Assembly: GCA_016198415.1 (NCBI GenBank)
Contig: JACQIO010000016.1
Span: 6,084-70,083 of the forward strand
Direction: 5' to 3'
Source: Candidatus Berkelbacteria bacterium
GTDB taxonomy: Bacteria; Patescibacteriota; UBA1384; JACPKC01
Length of the DNA stretch: 64,000 nucleotides
Shown here: positions 8,695 through 16,746 of the stretch, piece after piece
How positions within the stretch are numbered: the stretch's first letter is position 1
How the letters are laid out: every line of letters begins with the position of its first letter
The notes under the pieces: generated by a model
Told to the model about the DNA's origin: nothing
Databases searched by the model: none
What the model saw: the letters and a program-made list of their open reading frames with translations, nothing else
Position numbers and translations under genes: made by a program

Positions 8695-9621
8695 ATGAAG
8701 AGGTATTTTTCAACGGTGACGGTGACGGTGACGGTGCTGCTCGCGATGGCGATGGTTCTGGTCTTGCTGGGTACGAACCCGGTGCAGGCCAAGGAGACGC
8801 CGCCGCGGAGTGGGTTCTGGGACTTCAAGTGGATCCTCGGGGGCTGGGACGACTGGAAGAAGGTCGGCGTCAAGGCGATGCTCCTGGTCGGCGTGCCGGC
8901 CGAGTATCACCCGGACGACAGCTGGAACTTCGACGACCCGAACACCGGGTTGCCGCAGGGTCTCCAGCTCCGCCTGATCACGGTCGGCGACTCGGTCCGC
9001 AAGGAGATCGATGGCGATGGGGCTGAGTTCGTGGTCCACATGAACAACGACGGCGCCCCGGGCTGGACCGAGGTTGGTCGGTGGCCGACCACCTTCGTGG
9101 ACACCACGATCGATCTCAGCGGTCGCAAGCCGGGTCCGCTGATCATCCGCGCCTACCTGGATGCGGGTGATCACGACGAGGACTCGTACGAGTTGCTCGG
9201 ACGGTGGATCATCCCCCGGGAACAGGTGTTCCGGGCGATGGGCATGGAACCGCCGGCTCGGCCGGGGGATGCCATCCTGCCTCAGGGAACCCTGACCGGC
9301 ACCGTGCTGGTCACCCTGGAAGGTGGGAGCATCGCCGAGGGCTGGGTCTCGGTCTACTGGGACGACCCCAACACCCCGGCTGCCGACTGGCTGAAGATCA
9401 TTAGTCGGCCCGTCCTGGGTCCGACCTACTTCGAACAGGTGCCGGCTGGTCGCGTGACCATCCGGATCTACGACCCGACCGGCACCCAGTGGGAAGTCCC
9501 TGGGCCGGAAGCGCTCCTGTTCCCCGAACTTCGCCCTGGGGGGATGGCCGAGATTCGGATTCGCAGGGTGAAGACGACCGGCGGCCCGACCGCCAGCACA
9601 GGAGGAGGTGGGGTGCGATGA
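8695..9621 (+). CDS. Secreted hypothetical protein (signal peptide)
   Basis: MKRYFSTVTVTVTVLLAMAMVLVLLGTNPVQA signal peptide. SD GGAGGGAG before ATG 8695. (GGTGAC)x3.5 tandem repeat encodes the TVTVTV stretch. Confidence 0.75.
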   Translation: MKRYFSTVTVTVTVLLAMAMVLVLLGTNPVQAKETPPRSGFWDFKWILGGWDDWKKVGVKAMLLVGVPAEYHPDDSWNFDDPNTGLPQGLQLRLITVGDSVRKEIDGDGAEFVVHMNNDGAPGWTEVGRWPTTFVDTTIDLSGRKPGPLIIRAYLDAGDHDEDSYELLGRWIIPREQVFRAMGMEPPARPGDAILPQGTLTGTVLVTLEGGSIAEGWVSVYWDDPNTPAADWLKIISRPVLGPTYFEQVPAGRVTIRIYDPTGTQWEVPGPEALLFPELRPGGMAEIRIRRVKTTGGPTASTGGGGVR

Positions 9622-10622
9622 ACGAGCACCTGAAGAAGACGGCCAGGCGCCCAATGTCGAACGGGACGCTCTGGCTGGTGCTGGTGGTCGCGCTCTGCGC
9701 GCTCTCGCCGGCTTTCGCGTTCGACGCGTCTAACGTCTGGTACTGGGAGAACTACGGCGGGGACAAGCGGAACCCGCTCGGAGTTCGTTCCTGGAGCCAG
9801 TACCGCGACTGGTTCATCTCGGCGGCTGGGCAGAACGATCTCCGGCGGGTCAACCTCCTGCCGGAGGTGGCCGAGAAGATGCTGGAGATGGTCAACCAGC
9901 GGCGCTGGGACGGCCGGGTCTACACCTGGCCGGACGGCTGGTCGGCGCGCCTGTCCAAGGCGGTGGTCAAGAAGGGTGATCGGTACGACGCCCTCACCTT
10001 CAACCCCGCCGGCGTGACGGAGGTGAACGTCGAGGTCGCGTGGAAGGGCCAGAGCTCCGAGACGGTCTACCGCGTGGAGGTCTGGCAACCCGACGGCATC
10101 GGGTGGTCGCTGGACACGTTCCCCAAGTGCGTGAACGGGGGCGTGTTCAGCATCCTGACCATCAAGCCGCCGCCTCCGCCGGTGATTCCGCCCCGGACGC
10201 CGATTCCGCCGGAGACGCCGCCGCCCACTTACCGCTACCGGCCGGTGTCGGTGCCGGGGATCGCCCTCAACTACGGCGAGCACCGGTCCGCGGAGGTGAA
10301 GGGCAACCTGGGTGCCTTCCTGGGGGTCCTGGGTAAGTGGCTGGGAAAGCCGGTCACCAACTTGAGCTTCGCGACGGGTGCCGTGACCGGTGCTAACGCG
10401 TACGCCCAGGGCGGGCAGGTGGGAGCGGTGTCGGCGGTCACGGGACCGATCGACGTCCGCAACGCCCAGTTCCAGGGCCAGGGGCAAGGCCAGCTGACCA
10501 TCGTCCCCATCGTGAACAACGTTGGGGACGGGAATGCTGGCTCGGCGGCTGGGGCTGGGACGGTGACCGCGCCGGTCATCCAGGCCCCGGGCGGGGCCGG
10601 CCCCATCGAGATCAACGACTAA
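9618..10622 (+). CDS. Secreted hypothetical protein with Pro-rich linker and C-terminal QGQGQG-TIVPIVNN module
   Basis: Start ATGA overlap with upstream gene. Signal peptide MNEHLKKTARRPMSNGTLWLVLVVALCALSPAFA. IKPPPPPVIPPRTPIPPETPPP linker. C-terminal NAQFQGQGQGQLTIVPIVNNVGDGNAGSAAGAGTVTAPVIQ. Confidence 0.75.
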   Translation: MNEHLKKTARRPMSNGTLWLVLVVALCALSPAFAFDASNVWYWENYGGDKRNPLGVRSWSQYRDWFISAAGQNDLRRVNLLPEVAEKMLEMVNQRRWDGRVYTWPDGWSARLSKAVVKKGDRYDALTFNPAGVTEVNVEVAWKGQSSETVYRVEVWQPDGIGWSLDTFPKCVNGGVFSILTIKPPPPPVIPPRTPIPPETPPPTYRYRPVSVPGIALNYGEHRSAEVKGNLGAFLGVLGKWLGKPVTNLSFATGAVTGANAYAQGGQVGAVSAVTGPIDVRNAQFQGQGQGQLTIVPIVNNVGDGNAGSAAGAGTVTAPVIQAPGGAGPIEIND

Positions 10623-10796
10623 CCAGCCGGCTCACTCGCGCTTCGGCGCGGATGGGCTCGGCTCTCTGGAGGGAAGGAGGGGAAACCCCACTCCACTGCG
10701 CAAGCGGTGGGGTGGGGGAGTACCTCCTCTGCTTGAACACTCGAGCCGAGGCGCGTACTCCGCGAGACAGAGATTACAACCCGAGGAGGACAACCC

Positions 10797-11399
10797 ATGA
10801 GCAAGTTGCTCACCCTGATCGCCGTTGTGCTGATGGCGATCCCGCAAGCGGCATTCGCGACGGAGGACGGCGTGCACGTCGCGGTCCTGCAGGCCGAGGA
10901 GCTGGCCACGGAGGAGAACAACAACTCCGAGGTCGGGCAGACCCAGACGGTGGATGACGGCGTTCGCTGGGTCGCGATCGAGCCGCCGCAGGTGGAGCTG
11001 CCGGCGCCCCGCATCGAGATGCATCCGGCGACCCTGACCCCCTGGGTCAAGCGGGTCAGCGGCTGCCCGCACTGCGAGCACTGCCAGGCCGAGTCCCAGC
11101 AGCGGACCGACCACGGTCAGGTCCCGAACACCGAGTCGGTGTCGACGCTGCTCGAGCGGTTCATGGGCCGGCCGATCACGCTTCCCGGATCGGGATCGGA
11201 GCAGCAGAACCCGGTCAACATCCAGCTGCTCAACGTGCAGACACTGCCCCCGACGGTTCACCAGCTGGAGCCGACCACATTCCAGCCCACCGAGGAGCAG
11301 ATGCTGCGGGCCCGGTTCCTCTGGGAGGAGCGCGTCCGGCAAGGACTCGAGTCCGACCCTGCCGGCATCGTCGACGGAGGGAGGTACAAGAGCGAGTAG
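10797..11399 (+). CDS. Secreted small hypothetical protein (CPHCEHC motif)
   Basis: Signal peptide MSKLLTLIAVVLMAIPQAAFA. 200 aa. No recognisable domain. Confidence 0.7.
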   Translation: MSKLLTLIAVVLMAIPQAAFATEDGVHVAVLQAEELATEENNNSEVGQTQTVDDGVRWVAIEPPQVELPAPRIEMHPATLTPWVKRVSGCPHCEHCQAESQQRTDHGQVPNTESVSTLLERFMGRPITLPGSGSEQQNPVNIQLLNVQTLPPTVHQLEPTTFQPTEEQMLRARFLWEERVRQGLESDPAGIVDGGRYKSE

Positions 11400-11619
11400 A
11401 ACTGGGGGTCTGACGGCCTGAACCACCACGGGGTGTGTTCGGGCCCTGCCTTCCCACGTCAACACCCGCGTGACCGTCACCGTTTCGATCGCAACTCGAG
11501 AGCGAGTGAGACTGAGCGGTTGGCACAAGGGGGACCGTTGACTGGGGAAGTATAGGAACAGGAGCGGCGTCGAGCGGTCGGTCTCGACCGATAGTGCAAC
11601 GGAAGGGAGGTGAGACAAT

Positions 11620-12519
11620 ATGCAAAAGATTCTTTCTCTGCTCGGAGTGGCGGGCCTCTTGATGGTAGCAGCTGGACCATCAACTGCTGCTGCCCAAGAT
11701 GCCTTTGCCGACCCGATCTTTGCTGGTTTCAACCTCAACTGGGTCAGCAATGCTCAGTTCCAGGGCCAGGGACAAGGTCAGCAAACGATTGTTCCCATTG
11801 TCAATAACAACGGGACCAACAACGCTGGGTCTGCCTCGGGTGCCGGGAACGTGACCGTTCCGGTCATCCAGGTGACGCCGGCGCCAACTGCCGGGACGCC
11901 TGTTTCAGGCGGTTCTGGCACTGGTACGTGCAATGCCAACGCCAGTTGCGCAACCGTTCCGGTCACGATGGACCCGGCCAGGCCGGCGATCATTGTGAAC
12001 GGTGGTGACGCGAATGCGGCGGCTGCGGCCTCGGCGGCCACAGCCGGCAACGGTGGTGGTGGCGAGAACGGTGACGGCGGTTCGTCCGCTGCGTCGAGCT
12101 CGTCTGCTGCCAACGCTGGTGGCAATGAGAACGGCGCCGGTGGTGCCAATGCGGCTGCGGCTGCATCGGCTGCTTCAACTGGTGGCGGTAAGGGTGGCAA
12201 CGGTGGCGGGAGCGCCGCTGCCTCAAGTGCTGCCAATGCCGGTGGCAAGGACGGGGCGAGTGCGGCGGCTGCGGCCGCGGCTGGCCCCAATGCCAACGCG
12301 GAAGCCAGGGCCGGTGACGGCAAGGCGGAAGCTAAGGCTGAGTCCAAGAGCGAACCAACCAAGGTTGCTCTGGCCAAGGGCGCGCTCCCTAAGGAGCTCC
12401 CCAAGGCTGGTGCCGAGGCTGGTGCGCTGGCCGTTGGTCTGACCACGCTGACAGGCGCTGGTTCAGCCCTCCTGGCTCGCAAGCGTAAGCTTGACCTGGC
12501 TGACCTCATCGTCGGCTAA
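11620..12519 (+). CDS. Secreted Ala/Gly/Asn-rich surface protein with N-terminal QGQGQG-TIVPIVNN module and C-terminal LPxAG-type sortase-like sorting signal
   Basis: Signal peptide MQKILSLLGVAGLLMVAAGPSTAAA. NAQFQGQGQGQQTIVPIVNNNGTNNAGSASGAGNVTVPVIQ. C-terminus LPKAG + hydrophobic stretch + RKRK tail. Confidence 0.75.
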   Translation: MQKILSLLGVAGLLMVAAGPSTAAAQDAFADPIFAGFNLNWVSNAQFQGQGQGQQTIVPIVNNNGTNNAGSASGAGNVTVPVIQVTPAPTAGTPVSGGSGTGTCNANASCATVPVTMDPARPAIIVNGGDANAAAAASAATAGNGGGGENGDGGSSAASSSSAANAGGNENGAGGANAAAAASAASTGGGKGGNGGGSAAASSAANAGGKDGASAAAAAAAGPNANAEARAGDGKAEAKAESKSEPTKVALAKGALPKELPKAGAEAGALAVGLTTLTGAGSALLARKRKLDLADLIVG

Positions 12520-12556
12520 GGACGCTCTGGTTGGCTGGTACCAGCTGACTGGAGGC

Positions 12557-12590
12557 AAAGAGACCCCGCCCGGGGTCTCTTTGTGTTGGT
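12557..12590 (+). terminator. Intrinsic terminator AAAGAGACCCCG-CC-CGGGGTCTCTTT + GTGTTGG
   Basis: Perfect palindromic GC stem flanked by A and T tracts after stop of 11620..12519. Could act bidirectionally. Confidence 0.55.
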
Positions 12591-12745
12591 ATCACCTTAG
12601 TCCTCCCCTTGCCAACCCCTCCTCCTGACACGCTCATTTCAACACGTCACTTCCTCAAAGACACTCTTCGTTCCTGACGGCCGAAGTTTCTTTGGGAGCG
12701 TGATGCGTCGAAATGGGGATGGTATCCGCCTTTGGCGGATGGATT

Positions 12746-12800
12746 GGTATCTGTGTGATCTGCGAGTCGCCAGGGAGGCGACCTATGTATCTGTGGTGTG
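12746..12800 (-). repeat. Box-hairpin-box intergenic repeat, copy A (minus orientation)
   Basis: RC reads CTCACACCACAGATACATAGG - GTCGCC..GGCGAC hairpin - CAGATCACACAGATACC. Homologous to copies at 19516-19575 and 43484-43543. Confidence 0.5.
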
Positions 12801-12812
12801 AGCTACCCCTGC

Positions 12813-12841
12813 TTGACAGAGCACCGAGAACGCGGTACCCT
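12813..12841 (+). promoter_or_regulatory. Promoter candidate CTTGACAGAG-N17-TACCCT (weak -10)
   Basis: Shares the CTTGACAG -35 context with promoters at 2792 and 13597. Points into the ORF-poor region. Confidence 0.25.
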
Positions 12842-13064
12842 CCGTCCAGCTGAACGCAGCTTTACCTTTGTGAGAGCAACCCACCGGACCTGATGTTGTC
12901 GGCACGGCCGGTAACCAGTGAAGGGGACGTCAGGTCCCGGTGGGTTCACACGAATTGACGGCTGGCTGTCGCTGGGCTCGGGCCGTGAGGCCGTAGGCCC
13001 CGGGGCTTACACCGAGCACGCCGTGGTCTCAGGAGCCACGGATGGCGCCGAGCTAGCCGTCTCA

Positions 13065-13106
13065 ACAACTGGATCCCGCCGGATTAACCCCCCCGACCGG
13101 CGGGAT
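13065..13106. repeat. Perfect 14-bp inverted repeat hairpin CTGGATCCCGCCGG-attaacccccccga-CCGGCGGGATCCAG
   Basis: Seen directly. Lies inside the ORF-poor region 12830-13500. Confidence 0.5.
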
Positions 13107-13511
13107 CCAGCACCAGAGCCCTGCCCTGGTCCACCTTCCCCCAACCAGGGTGGGGTTCCCAGAGCGCCGGACCCGTGCCGGGTCTGGGCGTTGGTGCGAC
13201 CTCTCGCCCGAGCGAGAGGTATCCGGTGAGGAGAACAGAGGTGGGACGGACTCCGTGGCAGAGTTCCTCCGCTCCCAAAGAGCGTGGGCCAACCACCACG
13301 GTGACACCTCGGCACGGCGGAGCCGCGCAGTGCCAGTTGGGGGATTCACATCGCTGACGAACGCCGAGCCCTGGCTCCGGATCGCGTCGGCCTTGCCCCT
13401 AGCCGTCCAGTTTTTCTTGAGCCTGAACGTCCCACCCCTCCCGGGACGTTCACCGCTCGACCCCCTGAAGAGTCCGCCCACGTGCGGACTCTTCCTCTGT
13501 CATGCGGGCAA

Positions 13512-13586
13512 GGGTGAACGTGAATGGTGAAAGGAGAAGGCAGCGTGACGCTTTGCGCTGTACCTTTCACTTTTCACGTTTCACCC
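13512..13586. repeat. GTGAAAG/C heptad-repeat hairpin element, copy 1
   Basis: Forward arm GGGTGAACGTGAATGGTGAAAGGAGAAGG, 20-nt palindromic spacer, reverse arm TACCTTTCACTTTTCACGTTTCACCC. Confidence 0.6.
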
Positions 13587-13596
13587 AAGGTACCCC

Positions 13597-13626
13597 TTGA
13601 CAGGTGGTCGGCATCTGCAGTATCTT
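13597..13626 (+). promoter_or_regulatory. sigma70 promoter TTGACA-N18-TATCTT (homologous to the promoter at 2792)
   Basis: CTTGACAGGTG...ATCTGCAGTATCTT aligns with CTTGACAGATG...ATCCTGGTGTATCAT at 2791-2820. Confidence 0.4.
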
Positions 13627-13632
13627 GCCCCA

Positions 13633-14184
13633 GCAACCTAACAAGTTGACAGAAATCCCTGGGCGAGTGTCTGGTGGGCTGAGGCTCGCCAACATGACGC
13701 AGCGAGGCACCTCGCCTGCGCCCGTTCGAACCTGCTGCAGAAGAATGGAGAGGCGAGTAGACGTTTATCAGCCTCGCTCAGGGATTCACATAACAAGTTC
13801 ATCTGGCTAGCCCCAGGGCCCTGTGGGCATCGGAGACGTCCCTGACCTCGGTCAGGACCGGTGCGCGCATCCTCCTTGAGAAGCGGAGGGGTGAAAGGCT
13901 CGGCTTCCAACAAAGCCCGTCGTGTGATCTCCGGTTCAGCCGCTTCGGCTTGGTGATCACCTTCGGACTTGGCCGATCTTGCCAGATGAACCCTCTTGAA
14001 CGTTCGGTTGGTGGGCGAGGAGTCGTACGCGACCTCTCCCACCGGCCCAACGCCAGCGGCCGGGCCGCGAGCTCCTACCTGGTCCACCTTCCCTAACCAG
14101 CGGAGTCGCGCGGTGCGGCTGCCTCAACGCAGACGGACGACGAGGGCCCCTGTGCCCCCAGAGCATCTCGCGTCCATCTGCCCC
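13633..14184 (+). ncRNA. Candidate non-coding transcript between a promoter and a strong terminator (no credible ORF)
   Basis: About 580 nt. Contains GGAGGGGTGAAAGGCTCGGCTTCCA and GAATCCCGGCC, which loosely resemble RNase P CR-I/CR-V, but the match is too weak to call. Confidence 0.2.
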
Positions 14185-14220
14185 GAATCCCGGCCCTCAA
14201 AGCCGGGATTCACCTTTTCC
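14185..14220 (+). terminator. Intrinsic terminator GAATCCCGGC-cctcaaa-GCCGGGATTC + ACCTTTTCC
   Basis: Perfect 10-bp stem then T-tract, followed by a half-arm of the TTTCAC repeat (CGTTTCACCC). Confidence 0.6.
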
Positions 14221-14243
14221 GTTTCACCCGCTACAGTACGCTT

Positions 14244-15248
14244 ATGTCCACCCTTGATGATCGGAAATCGAAACTCTACGAGCTCCTCAAGCTTGAGGAG
14301 AAAGACGCCCGGATTCGTGCAATCGAGGCGCTGATGGCCGCGCCCAATTTCTGGGCCGATCAAACCCAGGCCACGCAGCTCAGCACTGAACTGGCCCGGC
14401 TCAAACAGACTATTGCCGAGTGGGAAATAGCCGAGACCGATGATCAGGTTCGGGCGCTGGAACTGAAGTCGCTCCTCTCTGGTAAGTACGACGCCAGCAA
14501 CGCCATCGTCAGCTTCCACGCCGGCGCCGGGGGGACCGAGGCCATGGACTGGGCCGGAATGCTCCGGCGGATGATTGAGCGTTGGGCCGAAGGTCGGGGT
14601 TTGCCGGTGACGGAAATCGAGCAGTCGCTCGGTGAGGAGGCCGGCCTCAAGTCCGCCACCCTCAAGATTGCCGGCGAGCACGCCTACGGCTATCTCAAAG
14701 GGGAGGCCGGCGTTCACCGCCTGGTCCGGATCTCGCCGTTCGACGCCGATAAAGCCCGCCATACTTCTTTTGCGCTCATTGAGGTGGTGCCCGAGCTCGC
14801 AGATCTGGGCGATGTGGTGATCGACGAGAAAGACCTCCGGACCGATCTCTTCCGCTCCGGCGGCAAGGGTGGTCAGAACGTCAACAAAGTGGAAACGGCC
14901 GTTCGGATCACGCACCTCCCCACCGGCCTGGTTGCCACCAGCCAGAACGAGCGGTCTCAGGCTCAGAATCGAGCGCTCGCAATGGGCGTCCTGGTTGCCA
15001 AGCTCCAGGCCTTGGCGCACGAGCAGCGGCTCGAGCAGATTGGCGAGCTCAAGGGCGAGCACCGGAAGGTGGAGTGGGGGAGTCAGATTCGCTCCTACGT
15101 CCTCCAGCCCTACCAACTGGTCAAGGATCTCAGGACCGGGCATGAGGAGAGTGATGCCGAGGCTGTCCTTGAGGGCAGGAAGCTGCAGGGGTTTATGGAT
15201 GCCTACCTTGCGTGGCAGGCCACACAAGGGGTGAAACGTGAAAGGTAA
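14244..15248 (+). CDS. prfB: Peptide chain release factor 2
   Basis: SPF motif (RISPFDADKARHTSF) and GGQ motif (GGKGGQNVNKVETAVRITH). Single uninterrupted ORF with no CTT-TGA-C frameshift site. Last 6 codons plus stop lie inside the GTGAAAG repeat. Confidence 0.9.
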   Translation: MSTLDDRKSKLYELLKLEEKDARIRAIEALMAAPNFWADQTQATQLSTELARLKQTIAEWEIAETDDQVRALELKSLLSGKYDASNAIVSFHAGAGGTEAMDWAGMLRRMIERWAEGRGLPVTEIEQSLGEEAGLKSATLKIAGEHAYGYLKGEAGVHRLVRISPFDADKARHTSFALIEVVPELADLGDVVIDEKDLRTDLFRSGGKGGQNVNKVETAVRITHLPTGLVATSQNERSQAQNRALAMGVLVAKLQALAHEQRLEQIGELKGEHRKVEWGSQIRSYVLQPYQLVKDLRTGHEESDAEAVLEGRKLQGFMDAYLAWQATQGVKRER

Positions 15249-15303
15249 AAGGTGAAAGGTGCACGGAGACAGCCCGTTTCACGATTCACCTTTCACGTTT
15301 CAC
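15228..15303. repeat. GTGAAAG/C heptad-repeat hairpin element, copy 2 (overlaps prfB 3' end)
   Basis: GGGGTGAAACGTGAAAGGTAAAAGGTGAAAGGTG - cacggagacagcccg - TTTCACGATTCACCTTTCACGTTTCAC. Confidence 0.6.
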
Positions 15304-15371
15304 TCGTCTAGAGTTCTCGAGGCCTCTCGGGTATGCTGGCGCTGAGCATCGGTGACCAGAAAGGATGACGC

Positions 15372-15674
15372 ATGCCCGGCATGTTCGATCAAATGAAGGC
15401 GATTGCCAAGGCCAAGAAAGTCCAGAACGACCTGAAAAAGACCGAGATTGAGGCGAGCGGGGGCGATGGCGCCGTGACGGTGGTCTTTACCGGCGAACTC
15501 AAGCTCCAGTCCATCACGATTGCCGAGCGGATGCTCGCACCGGAGCGCAAGCAGGAGCTCGAGCGGCTCATCAAAGACACCATGACCCAGGCGATGCAGC
15601 AAGCCCAGGCCTTGGCGGCCGAGAAGACGCGCGAGGTCATGAAGCAAATGGGCGTCAACCTGCCGGGACTCTAG
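15372..15674 (+). CDS. ybaB: Nucleoid-associated protein YbaB/EbfC
   Basis: 100 aa, MFDQMKAIAKAKKVQNDLKK...LPGL. Typical YbaB length and coiled-coil composition. Confidence 0.85.
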   Translation: MPGMFDQMKAIAKAKKVQNDLKKTEIEASGGDGAVTVVFTGELKLQSITIAERMLAPERKQELERLIKDTMTQAMQQAQALAAEKTREVMKQMGVNLPGL

Positions 15675-15677
15675 GTT

Positions 15678-16104
15678 GGTGAAAGGTGAAACGTGAAAGG
15701 TGAAACGACCACGATCAACCTCTCCCGGCCTCATTACCGTCTCGATGCTTGGAAGGAATCACTCAAGCTGGCCAAACTGATCTACGAGCTCAGTCAACGC
15801 TTCCCCGACTCTGAACGGTATGGGTTAGTCAGTCAGATGCGTCGGGCGGCAGTCTCGGTATTGAGTAACATCGCGGAGGGCGCAGCGCGGAATAGCAGAA
15901 AGGAATTTGCCCAGTTTCTCTCAATTGCTCAGGGGTCACTCAGTGAGCTTGAAGCCCAGGTGATCATTTCACAGGAGCTTGGCTATATTGCAGATTCAGC
16001 AGAGGTGCTTGAGCTCCTCGATCGGGTATCTCGTCTTGTCGGTGGATTGCAGAGGAGTTTGCGATGACCCTGGACCTTTCACGTTTCACATTTCACCTTT
16101 CACC
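15678..16104 (+). mobile_element. GTGAAAG-repeat stem whose loop carries a four-helix-bundle protein gene (rRNA-IVS-like cargo element)
   Basis: Forward arm GGTGAAAGGTGAAACGTGAAAGGTGAAACG (15678-15707) and reverse arm CCTTTCACGTTTCACATTTCACCTTTCACC (16075-16104) flank the ORF. Same arms as the cargo-less hairpin copies. Confidence 0.5.
15693..16067 (+). CDS. Four-helix-bundle protein (23S rRNA intervening-sequence protein family, TIGR02436-like)
   Basis: LAKLIYELSQRFPDSERYGLVSQMRRAAVSVLSNIAEGAARNSRKEFAQFLSIAQGSLSELEAQ matches the family consensus. GTG start lies inside the repeat arm. Confidence 0.8.
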   Translation: MKGETTTINLSRPHYRLDAWKESLKLAKLIYELSQRFPDSERYGLVSQMRRAAVSVLSNIAEGAARNSRKEFAQFLSIAQGSLSELEAQVIISQELGYIADSAEVLELLDRVSRLVGGLQRSLR

Positions 16105-16107
16105 ACT

Positions 16108-16689
16108 ATGAAACTCATCGTCGGTCTTGGAAATCCAGGCAAGGAGTACGCCCAGACGCGTCACAACGTTGGGTGGATGGTGCTCGATCGACTGGCGGAG
16201 CAGCTGGGGACCCATCCGTGGTCGCACTCGGAGAAGTTTACGGCTGAGTTGGCTGAGATAGGGGAGGGGATTCACAGAACAATCCTCCTCAAGCCCACCA
16301 CCTTCATGAACAACTCTGGGCGGGCCGTGGAACGACTCCGCCACTTCTCCAAGCTCGAGCCAGCGGACATTGTGGTTGTCCACGACGAGCTGGCGCTTCC
16401 CCTGGGGTCAATGCGCGTGCGGCTGGGCGGAACCTCGGCCGGCCACAACGGGGTAGGCTCAATCATTCACCACCTTGGAACCGAGGCGTTCTGGCGGGTT
16501 CGGATTGGGATCGAGCAGCCAGGCGCAACTCGACCGTACGGGGAGCAGTCGGACTTTGTCCTGGGACGGTTCAGCGCCGAGGAGCGAGTCATCATTGCGC
16601 CCGTCATTGACCGAGCGGTGGCACTCCTGGTAGACTTCAGCTCTTCAGGAACCCTCAGCGACGAGACCATCACCATTCCAGCAGCGTAA
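16108..16689 (+). CDS. pth: Peptidyl-tRNA hydrolase
   Basis: MKLIVGLGNPGKEYAQTRHNVGW... catalytic His motif. Start chosen at the MKLIVGLGNPG ATG rather than the longer ORF. Confidence 0.9.
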   Translation: MKLIVGLGNPGKEYAQTRHNVGWMVLDRLAEQLGTHPWSHSEKFTAELAEIGEGIHRTILLKPTTFMNNSGRAVERLRHFSKLEPADIVVVHDELALPLGSMRVRLGGTSAGHNGVGSIIHHLGTEAFWRVRIGIEQPGATRPYGEQSDFVLGRFSAEERVIIAPVIDRAVALLVDFSSSGTLSDETITIPAA

Positions 16690-16746
16690 CCACTGGTGGG
16701 AGATCGCCAGCGTCGTGGCGGTCGTTCGGACCACGAAAGGAGCCTG

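Noticed and set aside
8710-11750. Long minus-strand ORFs (8710-9654, 9468-10487, 10632-11750) opposite the secreted-protein genes
   Set aside because: No start signals. Extreme Arg/Pro/His/Gly content. Plus-strand genes have signal peptides, SDs and a shared motif module.
13870-14215. RNase P RNA (rnpB) call based on GGAGGGGTGAAAGGCTCGGCTTCCA and GAATCCCGGCC
   Set aside because: The nearly invariant CR-I (GGAAAGUCCGGGCUCC) and other conserved regions (CR-II to CR-IV) are not recognisable, so similarity is too weak without a covariance-model scan.
14124-15227. 367-aa minus-strand ORF antisense to prfB; similar antisense ORFs over rplJ (18194-19036), the T4CP-like genes (21907-22833, 22906-23679, 23695-24570, 25540-26511), nrdJ (50067-50990, 51165-51911), ftsZ (55704-56459) and the HD hydrolase (62685-63335)
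   Set aside because: Each overlaps a confidently identified gene on the other strand and shows the low-complexity Arg/Gly/Pro bias of GC-rich antisense frames.
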